Origin: Ascidiella aspersa
Taxonomy: Eukaryota
DNA length: 64,000 nucleotides
Reading direction: 5' to 3'
Assembly: GCA_963924565.1 (NCBI GenBank)
Contig: OZ004607.1
Span: 35,278,001 to 35,342,000 of the forward strand
A program made the position numbers and the translations under genes. Every line of letters starts with the position of its first letter. Position 1 is the stretch's first letter. Below the pieces are notes generated by a model that saw nothing but the letters and a program-made list of their open reading frames with translations, ran no database searches and had not been told where the DNA came from. This document shows positions 14,701 to 26,700 of this stretch, piece by piece.

Positions 14701-17700
14701 TGTACGTACGTAATTGCATAGACTACGCGGACACGTTGATTATGCGTTTGCTGATCACCGACGCTTTGTATTCAAATTGTAAATCCGCAAATGTTTAGGC
14801 TATAGTGCGCTATAGAACCAAGGGAATCCAGAGAGAGTTTTTTTTTTACAAACAGTATCATAATGTTTTTAAAGTAATTTTTGCTCTTGCCACTTCAAAA
14901 ATTAAAAAAATGTTCGCTATAACTACATAAACATTGCTTTATTTGTTTGGCAGCGTATGTTTTTGTACTAGGCCGATAATATGATCTTAGCAAAGCGAGG
15001 GTGCGACATTCGGTTTCTTTTAATTATGAGTCTATTATTTCGGGAATTTGTAAGTTTTAAGTGTAAATATTTGGTAAATTTCCCTTTAATAATGTGCGAA
15101 ATAGGAATCGTATCAGCCAAAACTATCTGGTTGTGGCCATTGTATATGGTAATGCACCTAATATTATATTCTGCCATTTTACTTGCAGGCTTGCGATAGA
15201 CTTTTGTTGTATGTTATTGTGTTTGCGTGTCTCAGCACTCGATAAACTGAATAAAACACCCACTTGCCTCTACAGTACTTTATACTAACACAATTGTATA
15301 CGAACTACCGAGCACCCACAAGTTGTCCAATATGCCACAAAACGAGTACAATAATCGGCTAAAGCACCATTTTCCCACATGACGTCATGAAAGTAACAAG
15401 CTCCTTACTCGACTGAATATGACGTCATAAAAGTAACCAACATGACGTCATGAAAGTAACGAGTTTTTTACAAGACTGAATATGACGTCATGAAAGTAAC
15501 AAGCTTCTTACCCGACTGAATATGACGTCATAAAAGTAACCAACATGACGTCATGAAAGTAACGAGTTTTTTACCCGACTGAATATGACGTCATGAAAGT
15601 AACGAGTTCCTTACCCGACTGAATATGACGTCAAGCGTGCTTCGTTTTTTCTGATCGATGCTCGTTCGCTTCTTACGCTTCCTTCCAGATGGGAATTGAG
15701 TATCGATTTGGGGCATGATCATCGGCCGACCTGCGAAAGAAAAACGTTACATTTTCTCGATTTGTTTTTTTTTGAAAATCTAATTACTTCTGAATAAAAA
15801 CGTGTCACGGTTTTTTGATGGGCAATCGAACTAATTTATATTTATATTAAACATTTAATAAAACTTTGATTCCGATAATATTGAATTTCAGAAAATAGCT
15901 ATCAATTAGAAAAATCCAACTTTTTTAGAAATAACAAAACAGCTAAAATATTTAAAAATAAATTACTTTGTCAAGTTTTAAAATTAAGCAACTGTCTACA
16001 AATTCCGGCATTTTATCGATGTATTATAAAGCCATTTATAAGTAGATTTCCGATTTAAAAAAAATAACTACAAACAAAAAATCAGTTACATTGCGACAGT
16101 ACTATGCGTTTCAAGTAAATTTTAATTTTTTCAGACACAAAAACAAAAACTTTTTTTGTTCCTGGAAATGGCATATTGCTTTTAAAGTGTAAAGAAAATC
16201 GTTTCTGCAAACAATTTTAAACATTAGTGCAAAGGCACCTGAATTAAATTTCAGGAAATATTTATCAATTAGAGATATCATATTTTTTTCAGGTATAACA
16301 AACCAGCAAAAATATTTAATTGTTTAGTCAATTTTTGCAAAAGTATTCAACAAAAAAAAAAAGTAAATTGTAATTTTACTAAACAAGTACTACAGAAAAA
16401 TTAAAAAAAATATTGTAAAAAAATTTGCTGGAATTAAAAAAAGGTAGAAGTATAATTAAACGTAACAGTGCAAATTAAGTTTCTGCATATACTTTTAAAC
16501 AAAAGTTTAGTACAGGCTCCCAACACTTAGGTTAAGCAAAACAAACCGCAGGCCATTCAAAGTAACGACCACGCGTTTCTTCGCATATGACGTTGTTGTT
16601 GCTTTGTTTGTTGGCAACTTTCTTGTATTTAAAGTTTGACCTTATACGAAGGGCTTAGAATGCCGACGATTGTCTGACCATATGGACGAGAACAATCGTT
16701 CGACGCTTTATGCAAATCACCCCGCCGTTTGTGCAACTTTAACCAGATGGCCTTAACTGGTAAATGTGGACGTGGTAGTGGTGGGCTCTAACTAAGGTGA
16801 CTGCGATTTTTGATATGTCTATTTGGGCCTTTTGCTGTTTATAAGTTAAAAAAAAGGTGACTGGGCTCGAATTGGAAACACAATAGGGGGGTGGTATATA
16901 AAATATATAACAAACATTTTTACCTTTTGGTTGTTTACATAGAAAGAAAACCTATAGATAAAAAATCAATTTTTTTAACGTTTGTAGACAAAAAAGTGTT
17001 TTAAGGTTAATTGAATCATAACAAATGCCTAAAACCAATATAAAGAATGACAACAAGTTAAAAAAAAGATTAAAATGTTTAAAAATGAATTTACCATTGC
17101 TTAAAAATTCACGAATTTTGTCAAAGTTCAAAACACAGATGAACTTGTTGGTAGATAACCACCATTTAAAACTCATATTGAGGTGATTTTTAGCTTCTTG
17201 ACAATCATTGGCCCGGAGTTCGCCTCATAATTAATTGATGAATATATTATTTTTGCGTAACATCAATTGTTCCCTAGAACAAAAGTCATTTATTATGGCA
17301 TTCAAATTAACGCAAGACCTTTATCTGTCAAATCATGATAAGGTGCCCAAACGAGAGATCACACATCTTAGCAATCCACCTGAAAAACGTGTCGGACTAG
17401 AAATAGCGTCACCGTGCGGAAAATAGATGAGCTCGATCAGACATTTTTCCTTGTCAAGGTTTTTGCCAAACAAGGGAACAAATAATGAGCAAAACGCAAA
17501 TAGCGAATTGAGGGTTTCGCCCATCCAATAATAGAACATTAGACAAAACAATTGCAAATAAACATTCGTGTTAACGAGTGGGCCCCTATTAGCTTGCCAG
17601 TGAAAGCCGAAGAGGTCACTGGAAGATAAAAGTGTCCTTAATTGCCACGTTAATGAGCCAGGTTTTGACCCAACGCCAAGCTGCGTTTATTATTAGGAAA

Positions 17701-20700
17701 GAACTCGTACCCCGCGCGGGTATTTCGATTATTTTGGAAGGTTACGAAACGATTTGGATTTGGTTCTGAGTATAAAAGGCCACATCAGAATCACGTTTTT
17801 TTCGTTTGTTTCGAAGACGGATTTGCATTAAACATTCCGTCGAACTTGTGATTTGACAAACAGAGCATTATTTGCTGTATATAAAATTAGCAAAAAAACA
17901 TTAAAAAAAAAAGAGAAATATATATGTATAAAACATAAAATAATTTCTTAAAATTTTACAGAAATATATATTTCGCCTTAATAATAAGGATTCTATGTTT
18001 TAACCTTGTTTGTAAACAGTCTTAACATCATTCGACACGAAAGCAAGAATTTTTCTTTTATATTTTATTGTTTGTGGGAGATTTCTAAAGTATAAGTGTA
18101 TCGGTATCAGCTATAAATAAAATTATATCGACATCTCTGATAACAAAAAGCATTTTTTCATCAAGAAGTACGACGGGCACAATTAGCAGTAAAATAAACT
18201 ACACTCGAACATATTGGAAACTGGAAAAGCAGCACAAGCACTTAATGGTGTAAGGAGTTTTTTTGCACGTATTGACGTTTTTATTGAGTCCAGTAAAAAA
18301 ATGTTAGCTTGTCGTTTAACATTAGGGAACTTTTAAGTATGTGGCATAATTTTGCTGGGTTGTACTAAATATGCATATTCGGGCTGTTTTGGGAAATTGT
18401 GGCTTGTGCGACGTTTTACTTAAATCTTGCCAAAAAAATCTAAAAAAAAAAAATGAAAAAAATGAATTACACGTTTGCTGTAACCCAAACCGTGTAAATA
18501 GAACAACCCTTAAAAAAACATTTAAACATTGCTAGAAGTTCTTATTTAAAGCAATTAGGTTTGCCCGATATTAATAGTAAAGGTCATTCGGAGACAAGAA
18601 AGATCTGCTAATTGCCACGTTAAGTAGGCACGGAAGTAAAGCAGCGCCAAACATCGCTCTAATTATACGACGCCACGACGCCTTTCCGAGTAAATGCATA
18701 TTTTTAGAGGAAGCTAGACAAATATAAAATGAAATAAAACGAGCTTTGTCATAACATTACCAAAAACGGATAATTTATTTTCTCAAAAGGCTTTAGAAGC
18801 CTTTCAACCTCGACCCAAAGTGTAGTTACGTAACACAAATTAGAATAAAGTTATTAACAATATTGAAAGCTGTCCTGGCTAAATATTTCGCCACGAGTTC
18901 GTTTTCTAAAATAAAGAAGAAAAGTCCTAAAAGCGACAACAGGCATTGTTGAAGGTTCACTGATCAAACTGTACGCAACCCAAAGGCAATTAAAGCGCAT
19001 GTAAAAATACTATTTTTTAATTTTAATTTTTCGCTAATCATTTATACGCTTCGCTAATCTTGCATTGAGACCTGTTTAAGTCCCACATGTAGCTACGATA
19101 TATGTTGCCAAGGCCGTGTACCATTTTGCAAAGCCGACTAAAGGTGTATTAATTATGCAAGAAGGTCTTTTGAATGACAACCGTTAAAGTGTTGGGTTGG
19201 CATCGGACGTTACAGGTAAAACTGGTTATCGTAGGTCGCTATAAGCTTCAATAAGACGAGTGTTACATGTTTACAATTCAAGTCGATAAGAGCAAGTAGA
19301 CATAATATTGCCCTGAGAAGAGGAATATAATACAAAGCAAACCCCTTTGAGAAGCAACACAGGTCAGCCAATCTTGGGTATTAGGAAGCATCAGACAACA
19401 ATACTTGTATAGCTAGCGTTCAGTAACCAATCTATAAGCCAGTGGTTTCCAAACCTTTTATTGGCTTGTGGCTTCCTACATAAACTAGAAATAGTTCGCG
19501 GCACCCTTGCTCGTATTTTTGCTGAGTAGTTAACTGTAACTTTGCAATAAACGAGATCGAAACAGCACATTAACTGTGCAACAAAGTTGAAATTTTATTT
19601 AATTTTTTTGCACTTTTATCGTACACCAAAAATTGAAATAATTTGAAATATCTCTCGGGCCCCCTTGAGCGTTGAAAATGGCACCCTAGAGTACCGCGGC
19701 ACCCCGGTTGAGAACCACTGCTATAAGCAGTCCAACAGCGTCTTATACGGCCTGCGTTTGCCTATTAGTATAGGATTTAATTATAGCGACCGGGAATTTG
19801 CGCAATCTACGGATGCCCCCACGCCACTTCAATATGAAAAGTCCTTCCGCCGATTCGAGACTCGGGTTACGAGCCCGCCACCACCACCCTGGAAACGCGA
19901 GAGCGCCGCGCGCCAGAGACAATGGAAAAAGAAGCCAGTGACAATCGGATCGCGCCTCTAGGGCAAAACAGTTAAGCTTAAGCCGTATAGTTTTCTAATT
20001 ACGCGTGCATGAGTGTAAACTTTGGGGAAGGCCAACTATAGAAGGCAAGGGTAAAATATCTTCATGTTTTTTTTCAACCTTACTTAGGTTAATAGGATTT
20101 CTGAGTAGCTCTACACCTTGGTAATTAAAACGAACAAGAACTGCAATAAGGCAAAAAAAATGAGTTAAATAGGGTTTTTTCCTCGGTCCTTGGGCAAGTT
20201 AAAACAAGTTAATCGTTTCTCGCGCAAACCCGTTGACCAGTATAAATGCCGGCTATTTTTCTAAAAAAAAAAAACTTTTTTCTCTCTCTTACAGAAACTA
20301 ACAAAAAAAGAACAGGTGCCGAAACGTACGGAAATCAACAAAAATCAAAAACCTAAAGGTTTCATAATGATACATATTTAAAAACTTGCTGAAAAATAAA
20401 ACTTTCGTCAAGTATATAAACTCGGAAAATATAGCTGAGAGTTTTTCGGTGAACGAACTAGTCTAAGGTTCTTAACCCGCAAATGGCATATTTGACACAT
20501 ATGAGGAATTGGTAATATTGACAATCATAAAAGAAGCAGATTTCAGATGACAAATAACAATGTTTTATGTTGATTTGATGTAAACTATTACGTCACTTTC
20601 TACGGTTTATCCATCGATGTACGTCATAACTTAAAAAAAAATGTAGGGAGGTAGAAATCGCAAGGGAAAACAAGAAACAGCGCAGAAACGCGGCGATAGA

Positions 20701-23700
20701 GTCTGTAATTCGTGCACATAGTTAGATTTGTTGAGATTAGTTCTAAACAAGATTTCTCCAAACTTTTAGGACCTGAGGCTAAAATACGAAGACGAGGCTT
20801 AAGTTGCTTAAATTTTAATTTCTTTATGTTAATTGTCTTATGTTTTTTTCGCCTACGAAAAGTCGAGTGAAGAGAATAGGCTTGCTAAAGCTTTGCAGTT
20901 ATACTCGCGCTTAGTATTTGGTGGCCGTAAAAAAGTTGAGAAACAACAAAATCGCAGCTTGTAACTTGCAAATTTAGGATGTTAGAAATCTCAGTTTTTT
21001 CATTACAAGGAAAAAGGTTCACAACCAGCCTCCCAAACAGGACAGAAACACTGTGATAGAGTCTGTTATTCGTGCATTGGCGTAAAAAACGCTTTGCAAC
21101 AGACCGCTCGTCACCAACCATCCCCTTTGCGACCACCAAGGGAGGAACTAGCTAAGCCAACCTTTAATTAACGTAAGAAACAACAACATTAACCGTTAAC
21201 AACGTCAAGATTCGGGCCAACATCACTTAATTCCGTGAACTAAAGGCGCGCGTAATTGACCTCAAACGTTCTCTTTTTGTGTTTGTGTTGACGTCGATGA
21301 CAAAAATTGTGACCTTTTCAAAGGGATGTTTTTTTTCGGTCTGCAGCAAATTCGCCATTTTGCTTAATTGGGGATACGTCGGCGACTTTTTGAAATCGCA
21401 GGCGATAATTGGGCGGTTTTCGCATTTACACTCGCGTTAGACGTAAAAAAATTGGCCAGTTTTGGGGTTTTTACAAGTTCGGCGAAAAGTTTAAATTGTA
21501 GCCCTCGGTAAACAATCATTAATCGCTCAAGTTCGTTGTTGGGTATTTACCATTACCATGTTTTTGTTGTCAAAATATGTGACTATTGGGTATGTTACAA
21601 TATTGTTGTACGTGATTAATGGACATTTTGTGCCCTCACGCTATTATCACCATTAAAAAGTAAATTATCACCATTAAAAAGTAGATTTTTTGAGATAGTT
21701 TTCTTGTTGTTATGCTCAGCGACAAATACCGTATTTTTCTTGATTTTTATGGCAATTTGGTTTTAATTAGAGATAGGCAGATATCTGGTTGCTACCGATA
21801 TATCAGTATCGCTAAATGTAGGCCGATACTTTTGCAGATATTTTAGTACGAAAATATAATACTATATAATAATTTTTCCTGTACAACAAACAACTTACCC
21901 ATTTTTTAATAAAAAAATTGGGTTTTAGCATCACGCCAAGTTAATATGCAAAATAATAGTTTGATAATTAATAAAGGTATATATAATAAAACATTATTAG
22001 GATTTTATTTTCAATTAATTCGAGTTTTAAACATTACCAAGGTATATATATAAATCGGTATCGGGTATCGGTTGACAAAATTATAAAAAATCGGGTATCG
22101 GTCGATCTCTAGTTTTAATACCTGAAAGATATTGTTGTCGGAATATTTTTGTTGATGGGATAAAACTCTAACCTTCAACGCCTCGCAAATGCCAACGTTC
22201 TTTCGCTATTGCGTATGACCTTTTTAGCGTTACAGTTTATGATTTTAAAGGGCGTTTCCTAGATAAACAACTTACCCCATGTTATTTTTTCTTCTGAAAA
22301 TCGGTAATCCACTAGCTTTTAGGTAAACACCTTTTCGAATGAAATCTAAAATATCGCCAATTTATGAAAACATGTGGAAATTTCGCCTCATTACACACTG
22401 TAAAACACAGTTGTGCAAAATCTTTTCGTTTTAAGCAGAATTATTAAGCGATCGGTCCCCAAACTCGTTTGATAAAGCACTCAGAACTGTCCGCCCCTTT
22501 TTTGAAGTTAACTGTGCGAATTTTTAAGCTCGTTTGACCCTATTACGTCTTCTAAACTTTTTATAGATTCCGAACGCCCTGCCAATCTGTTATTAACTAA
22601 AATCGGGGCGATGAGTTAAATATTTGTCCATGGGCCTTGATATGAACAAATCATCGACATTATGAATTTGACGTAGAAAAAAAAAATCTCTAGGTATTTT
22701 ATATTCGCCCAAGTGTGCACGAAAAATAGACTTTTCCCCATTGTTATACGATGCGCTACAAAGCCAAAACTATAACCTACAAAACAAACAAAAAAACAAT
22801 AGGTTGTGGGTAAGTTGTTTATCTCGGAAAAAGCACTTAATAAATCGGAAATTCCGGCACTAAAGAAGGTCGCAAGTGCGCACAACAACGGAAGCGCGCT
22901 GGCCTTTGCAACGGAAAGGTTAAAGTTTTATCCCAACAAAACAACAAACCACAATGGTCGGAGTGCTAATTAGCAGATTCAAAATAGTATTCGTTCGGGT
23001 CACTAGGGATATAGGGCACAAACAGGACTTTAAGGGGACACTGACACAATTTTTACGTCACAAATGCTGCAGCAAGGGTTATAAAACGAAAAAATAATCA
23101 TATTAAATAAAACCTTTGGTCTTGAAATTAAAAAAATGTGAATTATTATTTGTTTTTTATTTGATTAAAACGTGCAATAAGTTGCACTAACCACCAGTGT
23201 GGCAATAAGGCGCTTATTATAGACAATTAAGTGTGATAAACTCAGAGTTGTACTCAACAAGGCTTATTTTTCATTTAGGGTTACAAAAAGAAAACGGTTT
23301 CTCACCGTCTTTTGCTTCGTTCAAAACGGTGTTGGTGTCTCTCAGCCATCTTTCCAGCATCGGCTTCAGCTTGCACATATTCTTAAAGCTGTTGTGAAAA
23401 AAAAAATCAACGAATGGTTGAAAATAGGGAACGGTCGATGCTTGACATTGCATTCCGATACCGATACACGATATTTTTGACAAAAGTATCGCGATCCGTA
23501 ATTGACGTCATAACTAGGCTTAAACAATTAAGGCAAGTAAAACTGAAACGTGAAGTGGTATTTTTTTCTAGGGTATAAGTCCAATATATGATTTAGTATT
23601 AAAAGGTTTAGTTATTTCCGGTTGTTAAAACATTACTTTTTGATAGATTTAACGTTCTAGTTAGAAATCAGTTCATTGCATCGCAAATCTATGGATAAAA

Positions 23701-26700
23701 TGCCCACGTCAATGTGTTATCGGACCGGCACTGATACCACCCAATGGTATGGGACGAGTACCGATATCACAACTTCACATCGGGTATCTACTACGATTCC
23801 ATACTATCGGACATCCTTTGTTGATAAGGTAGTTTGGGTGTAGTGGACCCTTCCTATGCGTTAACCTAAACTTTGAAGGGCCATAGATATTGAAAATGGG
23901 ATTTAAAAAAAATCGTACATCATTCGTACGCTTTTAAAAAGTTTTTTTTCGTACTTTAATCGAAATTTGCCGGTTGGCATTTAAATCATCGTCATTTCGG
24001 TCTGACCTAAATATAACAGAGAATAAGCAAGCGTGATTGAATGTTTAAGTATAAATTTTACCGAGCATTAAAAAAACAGTAAAAACACATTCAACTGTAA
24101 GCGACAGGAAGTCAATTCATACGTTGGAGAAAACGAGCTCTGTTGAAAGTCGCCTTGCCGATGGAACAAATATTTGCTCAGCGCTACTTAAAGGTGTGCT
24201 GAAAATAGGCATGGCGCAACAACTGTTTCGTCCTTACGAACGTAAACAAAACCAAAAATTTGCATTCACGCTAACTCGGAAAGGCAAGGCTGAGTGAGAG
24301 CTTAAAACAAAAGATGATGAGATTGATACGATTAGCGTACGACCGCCGCAGGCAAGTCAACGAGCCTATATCGTGATTACAAAACTTTGTAGCCAAAATA
24401 AGTCGAATTACGTAAAGGGCGTTGATTTTTCAGGCTATAGCCAACTTATGTTTGCTTGCGATCGACTGAAATATTTTTAGAGGCTCGCGATCGACTGGCT
24501 CGGTACAAAAAGTCACAAGAACACTTACTAAACATTTTGAGCGTTAATTGCATTTTAAGGTTAATTTGTTACGTCATCAAAATTGCATACCAATCATAGC
24601 CAAAAAATAATCAAAATATAAAAATAAATGCGGTTTGAATGCCATTGGTTTTAGGAAGATCGTAAAAATTTCGACTTAGCGAAGCAGTCGGTGTTTGTTT
24701 TTTCATCAACGCGAAATGTGCAATAAATTCTCGCGAACCTTATAGTGGGAAGCAAAGAATATTCAACGTTTCCTAATTTAGCCTTGGAAATTAGGCTGCG
24801 CAAGACGCCTATAGAGCACAAGTGGTTGGTAGTATTGTCAGTACACACGCAATAATTATCTGTAATACACATAATCAGATGGCCAAATTAGGTCGATAGC
24901 TATAGTACTATAGTTATGCTGGCCAAATTTAGCCTATTGTACTATACTTGTGCCGGCCAAAATTAGGCCCATAGTACTATAGTTGCGTTGGCCCAAAATT
25001 AGGCCCATAGTAACATAGTTGCGCTGGCCAAATCTAAGCCTATAGTAGGGAAGGTACTCTAGCGGTTTCGCAGCCTTATCACACCGCCTGTCCAAATTCT
25101 AAACCAGGGGCGTGCAACTGTTTATCGCAACGGCTATAATATATAGTTATGATGGTGCTGCGGGCCAGACAATCGAACAACATATACATTTTTTGAACGA
25201 TTTTTCTTAAAACAACGTGAAATAATAATATATATTTTATACACTGCACCTATAAAGTAAGATCACGACCATGTTACTGAATCATTACCAGCAGAACAAA
25301 CAGTTTTACTACAATGCACACTATGACGCAATAATGGATGTTTGGTCAGTGTGACGTAACACAAGTTGAAAAATGCCAATAACTCCGTTACAAATAACTT
25401 TTCCAACAGTGAAAAGTATTTAAAATTAATGCGCTACCTGACGGAGTATGTGCGGGCCACGTAAATAGGTACAGCGGGCCGTGCTGTGGCCCGCGGGCCG
25501 TATGTTGCACGCCTCTGTGCTAAACTAACAGCGATTCGTTTAAAACACCGAGCTGTGAGGGCGTGGACATTTCACTGTAGCACCTGCAGTCCATAATTAG
25601 GCAAAAGGATAACAAAAAAATAACAAAGCATCTGGTTTAATAAAAAAATAACGACCGACACTTTTACTTTAATTTGAAAGTTGAATAACCGCTAGATATA
25701 GGCAGTTAAAAAAATATTATCTTAAAGTAAAAATCACCCTCACCTGAGGTTGAGGGCTTCAAAACGCGAGATAGTCGTCTGACTGAAGTCGTTGCCATAG
25801 AGACGCCCCATGGCTAGCCCCACGTCCCCCTGGGTGAAACCCATCTTGATCCGCTTCTGCTTAAACTCCTTGGCGAAGATTTCCAGCTTCTCCAGTTGAG
25901 CGGCTTCCTCCTGACAAAGTAAAGGGAAGTTTACGGAGAGTGTGTGCAGAAAAACTGAAAAACATATTGTATATACACCACAAGTAGGGAAGTCCAATAC
26001 ACGTTTTAATCCAACACCTGATACTTTAGACTAAGGTTTTGCGTATTGTTAGTAGACACGCAGTAACATATATACAGATGGCCAAAATTAATCCGGCCCA
26101 ACAGGTTTGCAGAAATACTTCACGTCTTCTGCTTTTTCGTGATTTTTTTACGATAATGTCCGGGGATTTGCGTTCAATAGTACTTCGTACATTTGCATGT
26201 AAAAAATAAGACACAATTTAACTTATATTTATAGCTGTAACACTTTTTTGTAGAATTGACGTCGACGTTCTAACGACTCATAAAAATCTTCACTGAACAG
26301 CCAGTTTAAAAAGTTCCGCCCATAAAATGTTGTTTTTTGGCCTAAAAAAGGGGTCGTTTTAAGCAACAAGGGCCGATATTTCAATTCAAAACATTTGAAA
26401 GCTTACTCGGCGAGTATAAAGGACCGTTACTCGTTACTCGGCCCGGCACTCAGCATTGACAGATTGCATTGCAATATGGCCCGAGGTGCAGCCAACTTAT
26501 GTTTGATTGCAATCGACTGAAATATGTTTTAAAGACTCGCGATCGACTGGTTCGGTAAAAAAGTCACAAGAACATTTATTAAACATTTTGAGCGTTAATT
26601 GCATTCCAAGCCAGCGACGGATGTTAATTTGTTACGTCAAAGAACGCTTTATTATGATGGCCGGACATCAATTGGTCAATTGTTCATTTTAATGTACCAC

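Noticed and set aside
15379-15633. CRISPR-like appearance of the regularly spaced palindromic repeat
   Set aside because: The 'spacers' are themselves repeated, the context is eukaryotic, there are no cas genes, and the unit matches the adjacent exon end.
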